Below, piece by piece: positions 38,962 through 48,756 of a DNA stretch of 64,000 bases. Each line of letters starts with the position of its first letter. The first letter of the stretch is position 1. The notes beneath the pieces are model-generated. The model ran no database searches. It worked only from the letters and a program-made list of their open reading frames with translations, and had not been told where the DNA came from. Made by a program: the position numbers and the translations under genes. Source of the DNA: Spirochaetota bacterium (GTDB lineage: Bacteria > Spirochaetota > UBA4802 > UBA5550). The DNA is taken from contig CAXXHB010000003.1 of the NCBI GenBank assembly GCA_963664815.2, forward strand, positions 768,001 through 832,000. Reading direction: 5' to 3'.

Positions 38962-39287
38962 TATAAATGACTGATTTGTTAACTCAATCCCATTTTTTTG
39001 CTCCATATCCCCTATCTGATACCATGAGATTTTATGAAAATGATCAGGACTTATTAAATTACAACAGTATTGCAGACTGATAAAAAAATGAGCGTGTTGA
39101 TCAGATGATCATTCATATGATTCTGTATCGTTATTTTCAAATAATCTGAACTGATAATTAAATGATACAGAGTTAAATTGATTGTTGGTAAGATGATCCA
39201 AAAACCCGATATTTTCCGGAATCTGCAAATGGAACTTTCTCATAAATTTACAGGTCTAATAAATTAAAAAACTCATGGTAAAACTAT

Positions 39288-40094
39288 ATGAAAAGAAATC
39301 TTTTATTCTGTGAATTAATAATTTTATTTGCCGGGATTATAGCAACGGCTGGAAATGAAATAGGTGAGGTTGGAAGCGTAGATTCAGGGAAGAAAGAGAT
39401 AATAGTAAATGTCAAGTCCGGGATAAATCTTAAAATGGGGGAGAGACTTTATGTACGTGCAGGTGATGAAATAGCCGTGATGGATGTCACCTTCCCCATG
39501 ATGACTTCATCTAAATGTCAGCTGCTGAAGGAGTATATTAAGCTTTCAGGTAAAATTAAAAAAGGGATGAGTGTGTATTTTTTTGATAAAACTGCTCTGA
39601 AACCCGGGAATACTGTGAGTGAAACTACAGGTGTAAATCTATCAGGTAAAAGTTATTTTAAGAATAATAATAATGGTACGATGACTGATCTCCGTTCAGG
39701 ACTGACCTGGTTAAAGGATGCTAATTGCGCGGGTAAAGCGTTGAACTGGGGGGATGCAAATTCTTTCTGTAAAACTCTGAAAAAGGGCGGGTATGAAGAC
39801 TGGCGTATGCCGTCAAAGGCGGAACTGGAATCACTGGTTTCAGGTTTACCTGAGGGGACTGTGTGGAAAACAGAAAACTGGATTCCACTATTGGCTGGTT
39901 ATGGATTTGATGATGTACAGGCATTTTACTGGACATCTACAATCCATCCGGTAGTTCTATGGCCTGATAACAGGTATGTTATGTATATAATATCAGGATA
40001 TAAAGATGAAGCTTCACTTGAATCAGATTTAAGGTTTATATGGCCTGTACGCGGTAAAATGATATCCGGGAAAGAGAGTAATTCCTCTAATTAG
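39288..40094 (+). CDS. Exported DUF1566 (Lcl C-terminal, C-type-lectin-like) protein
   Basis: NNNGTMTD..SGL.W, W..A..FC, GGY.DWRMPS..EL.SL, YWTST, WPVR. Confidence 0.88.
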   Translation: MKRNLLFCELIILFAGIIATAGNEIGEVGSVDSGKKEIIVNVKSGINLKMGERLYVRAGDEIAVMDVTFPMMTSSKCQLLKEYIKLSGKIKKGMSVYFFDKTALKPGNTVSETTGVNLSGKSYFKNNNNGTMTDLRSGLTWLKDANCAGKALNWGDANSFCKTLKKGGYEDWRMPSKAELESLVSGLPEGTVWKTENWIPLLAGYGFDDVQAFYWTSTIHPVVLWPDNRYVMYIISGYKDEASLESDLRFIWPVRGKMISGKESNSSN

Positions 40095-40111
40095 CATTTA
40101 TACCGGAATTC

Positions 40112-41296
40112 TCACCCGTCTATTATAACTCGGTTGCCGTCAATGTTTATCAACCATTCCCGGTCTGAATCTGCAAGACAGTAGCCATCTCTGAATTCTG
40201 AAAGTGTCAGAATCTGTCCGGCGAAAGGTGGAAACAGCGATGATTGCAGTGCCGGCTGTATGCCGTGAGGCATTCCGTCTGATCCGAACAGCATATCCCT
40301 GCCCGGGACAAATCCCGCTTTGTCAATAAGCATCCGGAAAGGATTGTTCAGAGAGGAATATCCTCGTGGAAGCCGGTCTGCGTATATTACTGAATCGGTA
40401 TTGAAATTCGGCTGCATCGACAGCGTGATGCCTGCTTCTTTTGCAGTAAATGCGGCATCCCTTGTAATAAACTGAGCATGTTCTATCCGGACAGGTCCGC
40501 TGCATCCGGTTTCATTACGAAGAAGTCTTACAGCTTCTACAACCTGGTCGACAGCCATATCTCCTATGGCATGGATGGCCAGAGGTATTCCCGGCTTCAT
40601 ATACTTATGCAGTCTGGCGGTAAAAACATCATTTTCCATAAGAAGAATGCCTCTCTCTCCTGAAAGATAGTGGTCAGACAGAGCAGCAGTCCTGGTTCCA
40701 AGAGCTCCGTCAGTGAAGAGCTTCACTCCCTGTATCTTTCCTCTTTCTGCAGGTGTAAGAGCTGCATATACTTTCTCATCAGCCCAGAATTTAACAGGTA
40801 TCGGAAACCCGGTTGAAAGAGTCAGCCAGTCGCGGCCGGGCAGAAGCATATCATCCATGGCGCCTACGCCTGATTCAAGGAGCGATTTACCGAAAGAGGT
40901 AGTCTGCTCGATTGATGGCGGGGCCAGGCAGACAATCATCCCGAGAATCGCCGGGAGATTTTTCTCTGTCCATAAAGGATCCATATAATTTTGAACAATA
41001 TCATTGTATTCCCGTGAAAGATATTCTTCGGCGGGAGTATTCATAACCATCCCGTGAAGTGAAAGGTTGAACACAATCACAGGCCCCTCGTCTCCAAGAT
41101 CCTGTGGTGTAAGAGCAAACATGGAACTGTTCCATCCGGGAATAATTGTTATATCTTCTGATGTATTGCCGCGGATGATATCACATGCATGCGTATGATC
41201 ATTTACTTCTGCAAGCGAAGGCATTACTGAAAGAGCGGCATACAGGAGATAATGTGAATGATGATCGTAAAGCGGAGGAATTGATATGTTTTTCAT
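40112..41296 (-). CDS. Amidohydrolase (Amidohydro_3/YtcJ-like), short form
   Basis: DHHSH, KLFTDGALG.RTA, HAIGD, RIEHAQ, MQPNF, FGSDG. Confidence 0.85.
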   Translation of the reverse strand: MKNISIPPLYDHHSHYLLYAALSVMPSLAEVNDHTHACDIIRGNTSEDITIIPGWNSSMFALTPQDLGDEGPVIVFNLSLHGMVMNTPAEEYLSREYNDIVQNYMDPLWTEKNLPAILGMIVCLAPPSIEQTTSFGKSLLESGVGAMDDMLLPGRDWLTLSTGFPIPVKFWADEKVYAALTPAERGKIQGVKLFTDGALGTRTAALSDHYLSGERGILLMENDVFTARLHKYMKPGIPLAIHAIGDMAVDQVVEAVRLLRNETGCSGPVRIEHAQFITRDAAFTAKEAGITLSMQPNFNTDSVIYADRLPRGYSSLNNPFRMLIDKAGFVPGRDMLFGSDGMPHGIQPALQSSLFPPFAGQILTLSEFRDGYCLADSDREWLINIDGNRVIIDG

Positions 41297-41320
41297 AATC
41301 ACCCATTATAGAAATAACTT

Positions 41321-41349
41321 ATTGTAACGCTTACGGAACTGTATGTCAA
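41321..41349 (-). promoter_or_regulatory. Sigma70-type promoter for the amidohydrolase
   Basis: TTGACA-17 bp-TACAAT on the minus strand. Confidence 0.65.
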
Positions 41350-41775
41350 GCAGCTTATGTAAGTTACAGTTATGATTATAACTGTGGAGGCTGAATATGC
41401 CTGGAGTTGCCATTTTCAGAAAAACTGTTGATTCCCTGATATTACAGATTTATCTTCTCAAATTATCTGTTTATATAAGAATACGGGAGGATATTTTATT
41501 CCGTCATATTTTACATCTGATATTGAGGCAGTTCGGAGGAGAGAATAGATCCTGATGAAAAGAAGAGATTCAATGCATCAGGATTGTAGAATAAAACAGT
41601 AATGTTTTTTAAGCGGAGAAGAGACTGGAATAGTAATGAATATCGTCCAATCAAAAGGTTTTGAATAACAACAGTTTTGATTTTTTACATGGAAATTTAT
41701 GAATCATTATTGAAATTTAATTGATTTATTTTATGTATATTTAAGAAATATATATTGCATACAGCGGATAAATTC

Positions 41776-43029
41776 ATGACTATATTTTCTCTCATTGCTT
41801 TTACTGTTTCATTAACCTGCCTTGTCATGGGATTTATAGTATTATTCAGGGAGAGGAGACGGAGAAGCCACCGTTTATTTTTTCTTATATGCCTTTCACT
41901 ATCATTTCTAAATCTGGTCTCTATCCCTGCATACTCCGCGACTGATAAAGCAGGCGTTATGTTCTGGACTGAAGTTGCGGCCTGGTTCGTCAATCCTTTC
42001 TACGCGGTTAACCTTCATTTTTATTTAGACCTGGTTTTCAAAAAGAAATTAAGATTATTGAAAATGATTCCTATATATGCGCCGCCGGTTTTAATTAACC
42101 TGCTGTTTCTTAGATATCCTTATTCTGTTCTGAACTATGCTCAGTATGAGGGGCAGTGGAAACTTGTTCCTGCATATGGTAGTCCATGGTTCTATGTTGC
42201 TTCCGGTTATGTACTGCTTTATGCTTCGATTACTGTTTTAGTTATCGTATTATACCTGAAGAGGTCAGTTTATAACAAGGAGAGGAAGCAGGCTTTCTGG
42301 CTTATGATGAATCTTGTTATAAGTACAGCTATCGGAACTGCAGGTTTGTGGGTAATCCCTTTTTTTAATTTCAGAATACCCAACATCGGTCCAACCTATC
42401 ATTTATTTTATGTTGCCGGTCTTTTCTATTCAGTATACAGATTCAGGTTTATGGAGCTTAATCCTTCAATTGTCGCAGATGAGATTATATCCCATATCAG
42501 TGATATGGTAATACTGCTGGACAGTGAATTGAGAGTAGTATCGTTAAATACAGCTGCACTAAAATCACTTGGATACATCCAGGCTGATATTACAGGGAAA
42601 TATTTTCCTGATTTAGTACATGAAAAAGAATCTATATTAAATGCATTCCGGAAGATTACATCAGCGGGAGTTTCCAGCATTGGTTTAATGACAAGGTATA
42701 AAACAGAAGATGAACCTGTTATTGCAGATTCGTACCTTGCAGCGGTAAAAGATCGTTTTGATGATGTTACCGGTTTCCTTGTTATTTCAAAAGAGAACCG
42801 GGGAAGAAATGCGTTTCGTAAAGCTTATAAAATTACAGGAAGAGAACTTGAGATAGTTGATCTGACTCTTGCCGGGTTGTCAAGCAGAGAGATCGGAAAA
42901 CATCTGGAGATTTCTGAGCGGACAGTACAATCACACCAGGAGCATATTTATCAGAAAACCGGTGCTGCAGGGAAGGTAGAGCTGATTAAACTTGCCGGCG
43001 TATTCAACCTCGAAGAAAAAAAATCATAA
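41776..43029 (+). CDS. Membrane one-component regulator: HisKA_7TM-like, PAS, LuxR HTH
   Basis: About 7 TM segments; ISDMVILLD..RVV.LN.AA...LGY PAS; ITGRELEIV....GLSSREIG..L.ISERTV..H...IYQK HTH; no kinase boxes. Confidence 0.88.
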   Translation: MTIFSLIAFTVSLTCLVMGFIVLFRERRRRSHRLFFLICLSLSFLNLVSIPAYSATDKAGVMFWTEVAAWFVNPFYAVNLHFYLDLVFKKKLRLLKMIPIYAPPVLINLLFLRYPYSVLNYAQYEGQWKLVPAYGSPWFYVASGYVLLYASITVLVIVLYLKRSVYNKERKQAFWLMMNLVISTAIGTAGLWVIPFFNFRIPNIGPTYHLFYVAGLFYSVYRFRFMELNPSIVADEIISHISDMVILLDSELRVVSLNTAALKSLGYIQADITGKYFPDLVHEKESILNAFRKITSAGVSSIGLMTRYKTEDEPVIADSYLAAVKDRFDDVTGFLVISKENRGRNAFRKAYKITGRELEIVDLTLAGLSSREIGKHLEISERTVQSHQEHIYQKTGAAGKVELIKLAGVFNLEEKKS

Positions 43030-43051
43030 AAAGCGAATAAAATTTAACCAT

Positions 43052-43069
43052 ATCCGTAATCTTACGGAT
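43052..43069. promoter_or_regulatory. Putative LuxR-type operator ATCCGTAA-tc-TTACGGAT
   Basis: Perfect 8-2-8 palindrome 22 bp after the LuxR gene and upstream of 43208. Confidence 0.6.
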
Positions 43070-43207
43070 GGCACGGAATTTTATATATGGCATATTATTG
43101 ATGTTCATATTGAATAAAGGGTTATGAATCCATGTTTTAGTTTATGCTAACGGGAAGTTCATTCATTATGAAATTTAAGAACAAAATCAAAAAATGAGGT
43201 TAATAAT

Positions 43208-43900
43208 ATGGCATTAAAAAAAGTATCGCTGTTTTTCACATTTGTATTGTTTATTATGGTTGCAGCAAATGCTGAGGATGCATACAAACAGTATGTTAAA
43301 GCTTATGGAACCGGAATAGTTATCGCTTCAGACAAAGGATTGCCCTCCAGAAATGAATTCGATAAATCCATGATTGATTTTAAAAACGGTATTTCTTATA
43401 TAAAAGGTGGTCCCGGAGCATCTTTTCATATACGGGAATATGTTAAAGATGGTAAAACTGAACTTGAATTGCTTAATGCGCTGAAAAAAGGATTTGATAC
43501 AGATAAAATTATTGAAGGTTCTGAGAGAATGGTTTTGCAGATATGGACATCACACGCAGAAGATGGCACTTCAAATATGGATAAAAACGCAGTATGGCCA
43601 AAAAAGCTTGTTGATTTTCCCAACTGGCGTGAATTCAGCACTATGAAATATAATACTAATAATTCCAATTTAAATAATAACGGATATACATGGGAGGATC
43701 TGAATTCAAATGATCCTGAGAACTACTCAGGTGGCAGCCTGGCAAAATGGCTTGAAAATGCCAAACCTGGATATAAGTTATACATATTGTTTTATCACAG
43801 CATTGTAATAAATTATCAATGGGACGCATTCAAACAAAAATGGGATACCATGTTATATAGAGATAAACCTTTCGCAGCAGGTACAATTATCATTAAGTAA
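43208..43900 (+). CDS. Secreted hypothetical protein (paralog of 30179..30856)
   Basis: Signal peptide ending ANA; conserved ends shared with 30179..30856; GAGG RBS. Confidence 0.8.
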   Translation: MALKKVSLFFTFVLFIMVAANAEDAYKQYVKAYGTGIVIASDKGLPSRNEFDKSMIDFKNGISYIKGGPGASFHIREYVKDGKTELELLNALKKGFDTDKIIEGSERMVLQIWTSHAEDGTSNMDKNAVWPKKLVDFPNWREFSTMKYNTNNSNLNNNGYTWEDLNSNDPENYSGGSLAKWLENAKPGYKLYILFYHSIVINYQWDAFKQKWDTMLYRDKPFAAGTIIIK

Positions 43901-44185
43901 GCCTGACAGCTCTTTCCCCTATACCGGGAACCGTTTTAATCCGGAATGGTTTGAATATGAAGACGTTTATATTCCATCCTTCTCATGCATCCTCTGTATA
44001 CGGCTGGCAGCTATAAACACTCTGATATGCAGATGGGTGACGTTATCCCGGTATGGTAAAGATGACAGGTATGTTTTTTTAAGTATAGCCGGCATAACGT
44101 TAATATTGGGAAGTGCGGCAATATTACCCTTGACAATATCAAACCGGATCAGCATATTTTGTCATTCAATTGTTAAGGGTATTAT

Positions 44186-45106
44186 ATGAAAAAAATAATA
44201 ATATGGTTTAAAGAAACCAGACCGCAGTTTCTTACCCTCTCCATTGTTCTTACTTTCCTGGGGACAGCGATTGCATGGCATTATTCGCCGGTAAATATCT
44301 GGTACGCGTTTATTGCCGGTCTCGGATTATGCCTGACTCACGGCAGCGTCAATGCAGTAAATGATTATTTTGATTATAAAAGCGGGATTGATCTGAATGT
44401 AAACAGGACTCCATTCAGCGGCGGGAGCGGGCTTATCAGGGAGGGGAAACTCTCATTAAGGCAGGCTCTTGGAGTAGGGGTTGTTACCTCGCTCGCGGCA
44501 CTGGGAATAGGTGTATTTTTTGTAATTAAAAGCGGATCAATGCTGATCCCGCTGCTGGCAGCGGCAGCTCTATGTCTGGTTCTTTATACACCGGTTATTC
44601 TGAGAACTCCCTGGCCTGAGTGGTCACCCGGGCTGGGATTGGGGATACTGCCTATACTCGGATTCTGCTTCATACAGACAGGTGAATACAGCTGGATTGT
44701 TCTTGTCGCTTCAGTACCGAGCGGTATTCTTGTACATAATCTTCTTCTGCTGAATGAGTTCCCTGATGTTGAAGCGGACAGGAAAGGGGGGAGAAAGACA
44801 ACACCTGTTGTTTTCGGCATGGAGGCCGCCGGCAGGTTTTTCAGGTTTATGACAGTAATGGTATATGTCTGGATTATCGGGTGTGTGCTTGCAACTCTTA
44901 TAACAGGTATCGTGATTATGCCCGTCTACTGTCTGATCGCATTAATGACTGTACCTGTTGCAGCAAAAACCATGCAGGGATCAAAGGAATACAATGATAT
45001 GAATAAATTTGTCCCGGCTCTCGGGAACAACGTAAAGTTTATCTTATCAACGCAGGTTCTGATAGGTGCGGGTTATATACTGGAAAAACTGTTTCCTTTG
45101 TTTTAA
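44186..45106 (+). CDS. UbiA-family prenyltransferase (MenA-like)
   Basis: RPQFL, NDYFDYKSGID, TPFSGGSG, NEFPDVEAD..GGRKT. Confidence 0.88.
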   Translation: MKKIIIWFKETRPQFLTLSIVLTFLGTAIAWHYSPVNIWYAFIAGLGLCLTHGSVNAVNDYFDYKSGIDLNVNRTPFSGGSGLIREGKLSLRQALGVGVVTSLAALGIGVFFVIKSGSMLIPLLAAAALCLVLYTPVILRTPWPEWSPGLGLGILPILGFCFIQTGEYSWIVLVASVPSGILVHNLLLLNEFPDVEADRKGGRKTTPVVFGMEAAGRFFRFMTVMVYVWIIGCVLATLITGIVIMPVYCLIALMTVPVAAKTMQGSKEYNDMNKFVPALGNNVKFILSTQVLIGAGYILEKLFPLF

Positions 45107-45132
45107 GATTGAATATAAAATGATACGTTTTT

Positions 45133-45264
45133 AAATACTGTCCGCGCCTCACCCCCCGTCCTCTCTCCATGATGAGATATGGTAAATCGCGGAAAATATA
45201 TGGTTTAATCCTTCCCCAATCTTTTCATGGGGAAGGTGGCCAGCGGCCGGATGGGGAGGATCGG
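45133..45264. repeat. End A1 fused to end B1 (empty unit)
   Basis: 45133..45180 matches 45310..45357; 45184..45264 matches 45996..46078. Confidence 0.85.
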
Positions 45265-45309
45265 CCACTGTTTTATCAAGCAGAATGTACACTGAAAGTT
45301 TATAAGTAA

Positions 45310-46078
45310 AAATACTGTCGCGCCTCACCCCCCGTCCCCCTCTCCATGATGAAATAGAGAGGGGGTGTTTGGTGAAAATTATTATATGCTGAAATATTCA
45401 CCAATATTTTCATCTATAAATTATAAACTTATTCACTAAAAGGATGTACTTCCTGCAGCATTAATGATTTTTTAATATCTATCTCGCTTTTTATCATTTT
45501 TATAGCATCCTGAATTCTGTTTATAATCGTATCATTTGTTATTCTTAAGATTTTGAAGCCGGAATATTGAATAATATAATCTCTTGTAATATCACGTTCT
45601 ATCTGCTTGTCGTGAATTTTACCATCAACTTCAATAATAAGCATTATTTCAAGACAGGCAAAATCAGCTACAAAAAATCCGGTTTTGTCTTCATCCTTAT
45701 ACGTTATTGGATGTTGTCTTCTAATCTTAACTCCAAGTTTTCTTTTTCTGATCTCAGACCATAGCAGGATTTCGGCTTTTGTAGAATTTTTTCTTAGATC
45801 CCTGCTCAGTTTTGTTATTTCATTCATAACTTTTCCTCTTTTTTATTAATACGCTGCAGAGATTATTGGGGTAAATTTTTTTATTTGTTGAAAATAGTTC
45901 CAATTGCAGTGTCGCCCTCATGTTTTGCTTCCTTTGTCTTTTTAGTCATTGGTCGCGCAATATCATGATTTCAGGTTTCTTAAGATTAGAAGGGAAAATC
46001 GCAGAAAATATATGGTTTAATCCTTCCCCAATCTTTTCATGGGGAAAAGGTGGCCAGCGGCCGGATGGGGAGGATCGG
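45310..46078. mobile_element. Putative DUF559-associated element bounded by inward-facing tail+hairpin repeats A2 and B2
   Basis: A2 CCTCACCCCCCGT-CCCCCTCTC..GAGAGGGGG; B2 on the minus strand CCTCCCCATCCGGCCGCTGGCCA followed by a TTCCCCA..TGGGGAA hairpin; nuclease gene between them. Confidence 0.45.
45429..45827 (-). CDS. DUF559 (Vsr-like) endonuclease domain protein
   Basis: R.LRKN.T.AE..LW...R, RRQHPI, ADFAC, IIEVDG..H, RD..RD, GF.ILR..N. Confidence 0.93.
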   Translation of the reverse strand: MNEITKLSRDLRKNSTKAEILLWSEIRKRKLGVKIRRQHPITYKDEDKTGFFVADFACLEIMLIIEVDGKIHDKQIERDITRDYIIQYSGFKILRITNDTIINRIQDAIKMIKSEIDIKKSLMLQEVHPFSE

Positions 46079-46136
46079 TACACGCTGCTTCTATCTGCCT
46101 GAAAGGTCAAAAGAGTATGTGTATATGTGCTGATAA

Positions 46137-47174
46137 TCAGCTCATAAGCTCGCGCGGCCTTTCCGGATTCCGATAGGCGTCGAGTATTTTGTCAAGCGGA
46201 ATGATTTTGCCCCAGAGTAGTGCTGATTTCATTGCAGCAGGGCCTTTTACAACAGGTGGTTTACCTTTGATGCAATGTGCTATTACAGCTTTCTCATCGG
46301 TTATGAACTTATCAGCAGTAAATCTTTTACCGTTTTCATTTTTATTAAGCATGGGTATAATTATTTTTTCAATATAATCTCTGACCCGTGGTATGGCATA
46401 AAGCTCAGCATCATCAACCCCGTAAAACTCAGATACGAAGCGGTATGCATTTTCAACACGCTGCCTGTTCTCCTCTGTAGGTGAAAGCATGTATCCGGAA
46501 ACCGCACCTCCAAGCGTAATGTAAAGGTCGTTTGTCAAAAGCTCGTCGCACATAAGCTCCATTCTGTTCAGTTCAAGGAGCCTGTTCGATTCGTACTCAA
46601 TTTCAATGGAGCTTGTTGCGCTACCGGCCATCTTCATCATGCATTCGTTGTGGTGTGCCATTACAGGAATTGACAGCAAATCGGCCTGTGCCACAAGGGG
46701 TCTGAATTTTTCAATAAGCGGTGCAGTCGACATTTTAACAAAGAGCTTCTCCTCCGCCATTTTGCGCACAAATTCACCTGCGCGGGAGGATTCTTTTTCA
46801 ATCTGGAATACTCTGCCGTAGACAGCGCAGGTCTCCGGACAGGATGATTTATCGCCGATTGCTTCGTATGCCTTATGGTATCCCAGGGCAGCATCAGATA
46901 CGGACGGTTCCTTTATCTGGCCGGAACTCCTTTGTATTGCCAGTGACTCTGTTGCAAGGGCAGAGATCAACGCCGACATTTCGTTGAGCATATTCTTTTC
47001 AGAAACCCTCCCCATGAAACTCCCTATATCCTGGCAGCTGTTCCCGAGGGAGGTCATCTTCTCAAAATAATTTTCAACATCCTTAAGCTTTGCACTGTCG
47101 GCGGATACTTTCGGCTTATACATGTCAATCATGTTGCGGTAAGAAGCGAGAAAGCCTTTTATGTCGTCATTCAT
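46137..47174 (-). CDS. Hypothetical all-helical protein
   Basis: 345-aa ORF with ATGA overlap to the upstream gene; no recognised motif. Confidence 0.75.
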   Translation of the reverse strand: MNDDIKGFLASYRNMIDMYKPKVSADSAKLKDVENYFEKMTSLGNSCQDIGSFMGRVSEKNMLNEMSALISALATESLAIQRSSGQIKEPSVSDAALGYHKAYEAIGDKSSCPETCAVYGRVFQIEKESSRAGEFVRKMAEEKLFVKMSTAPLIEKFRPLVAQADLLSIPVMAHHNECMMKMAGSATSSIEIEYESNRLLELNRMELMCDELLTNDLYITLGGAVSGYMLSPTEENRQRVENAYRFVSEFYGVDDAELYAIPRVRDYIEKIIIPMLNKNENGKRFTADKFITDEKAVIAHCIKGKPPVVKGPAAMKSALLWGKIIPLDKILDAYRNPERPRELMS

Positions 47175-47770
47175 GCTGTTATCTCCCTAAACCATTTTTC
47201 TATAAGGGCAAACTGTCCGTCATTATAATAAAGAGAATTCCTGTACCCGGGTTGAGTCTTAATCTTCTCCCAGCTCAGTTGAGGATCCAGTTCCTGAAGT
47301 GAGTTCCAATGCTTTATAATATTTGCCTTTATACTGCCGCGTTCAGCCGGTATCTCCACTCTCCATGCTGTTATGCCCCTGCAGAGGTTGGCAAGCAGTT
47401 CCCTTTTTTTATATTCGATATTGAGAAGAGCTTCGGTGGCCTGACGTGCATCACCGGTTTTCATATATATATCGCCATAACCCGATGAATTCTGTACAGC
47501 TTCGGATATTGTTTTATAGGCTTTAACTTTCTCCACCTGGCTGAACTTTTCATAAAGAAGGGCAAAGTCTTCGTTCCTGTCCAGCTGCTCGGCTTTCATA
47601 ACGGCGAACATGTCTCCGGCCTCTTTAATGTAGTCTCCGGGTCTCTCTCTTATTACTTTGAGGTAACTGTTGTAAACCGCAATTGTGTTTTTATGCAGTT
47701 CGGGCCTGCTGCTGCATTCCGCCAGCCGCGCTTCGAGATATTTTTCCGCATCTTTAATTTCGTCACTCAT
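47171..47770 (-). CDS. Hypothetical all-helical protein
   Basis: 199-aa ORF with GGAG RBS; translationally coupled to 46137..47174. Confidence 0.75.
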   Translation of the reverse strand: MSDEIKDAEKYLEARLAECSSRPELHKNTIAVYNSYLKVIRERPGDYIKEAGDMFAVMKAEQLDRNEDFALLYEKFSQVEKVKAYKTISEAVQNSSGYGDIYMKTGDARQATEALLNIEYKKRELLANLCRGITAWRVEIPAERGSIKANIIKHWNSLQELDPQLSWEKIKTQPGYRNSLYYNDGQFALIEKWFREITA

Positions 47771-48040
47771 ATATTCTCCATGAAATATTTCTGTATATAA
47801 TATAGCAGCATTCAGATATCTAATCCATAATTTTTTTAATCACAGAATAATATCTGTTTTCAGGGGGACCGAATGTGGGGTGTTAAAATCAGAAATTTAA
47901 TAATTTTTCTGTTATGCTTTATCGTGTTGAAATGACAGGTAACAGACAGCAGATTTAAGGGGAAATTTAAAAAGATTGACTTGGGAGCTTCGGAGGAGTT
48001 TATTTAAAATAAAAAATAAAAAATGGTAACATGCAAATAT

Positions 48041-48661
48041 ATGGAAAAGCTTAATATAATAGAAAGAATACCTGTAATTCTTCCGGAAAGGGACATCTTT
48101 TTCAGGTTGAAGTTCAATATACACAAAACTGAGGTTGATGATGAACAGAGAAAAAAGATACTCTCTGTAATAAACAGTGGATTTTCCGCCTGTGAACCGA
48201 GAGGAGTATGGCTGCGGGATGATATTGAATCAAACAGCGGAACGTCAGTGGTTTTCGGCAGCGGTGTTGAATTCAAAAGCAAATCGGTATGTGATCTTTT
48301 ATCCGGAAGCCATGCAGCGGTCTTCATGGGTGTTACAGTAGGGCCGGCTGTAATTGATCTTGCATCGTCTGCCGTGAATATTGGAGATGGTGCTTCGGCG
48401 GTAATTTTTGATGCCGTAGGAAGCGAGACAGCTGAAGCGGCGATTGAATGGTTAAACAGGTATATTGCGCAGCAGATTAAGAGGAGGGGGGAAATCCTTA
48501 CCTCAATGAGATTTTCCGCCGGATATGGCGATTTTCTGCTTGAAAATCAGAGACATTTCTTTGAACTGCTTAAACTTGAAGATTTAGGGATAAAACTTAC
48601 AGACAGGTATATTTTTATACCGGAGAAAACCGTTACCGCCGTAGCTGGTATAAAGATCTGA
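48041..48661 (+). CDS. Stand-alone methionine synthase reactivation (AdoMet-binding) domain protein
   Basis: VT.G...D, DAVGSE.AE, RFSAGYGDF.L..Q, PEKTVTAV.G. Confidence 0.88.
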   Translation: MEKLNIIERIPVILPERDIFFRLKFNIHKTEVDDEQRKKILSVINSGFSACEPRGVWLRDDIESNSGTSVVFGSGVEFKSKSVCDLLSGSHAAVFMGVTVGPAVIDLASSAVNIGDGASAVIFDAVGSETAEAAIEWLNRYIAQQIKRRGEILTSMRFSAGYGDFLLENQRHFFELLKLEDLGIKLTDRYIFIPEKTVTAVAGIKI

Positions 48662-48756
48662 TCCAATAAAGAGTGAAAAAAATGAGTCTCTGCACTCCAT
48701 GAGCAGGCTTCGGGGTCAGCTATTGTGACAGAATGTAATTATAAAGGATACAATGA

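Noticed and set aside
39900-40094. DUF1566 C-terminus as a diversity-generating retroelement target
   Set aside because: I saw no reverse transcriptase and no template repeat differing at adenines in this window; a remote template cannot be excluded
45133-46078. CRISPR array
   Set aside because: Only two copies of each of two long repeats, irregular spacing, and no cas genes
45920-46102. 60-aa ORF
   Set aside because: Reads through repeat B2, has no RBS and no protein-like features
47780-48040. SAM or cobalamin riboswitch upstream of the metH genes
   Set aside because: No S-box or B12-box core motifs recognisable
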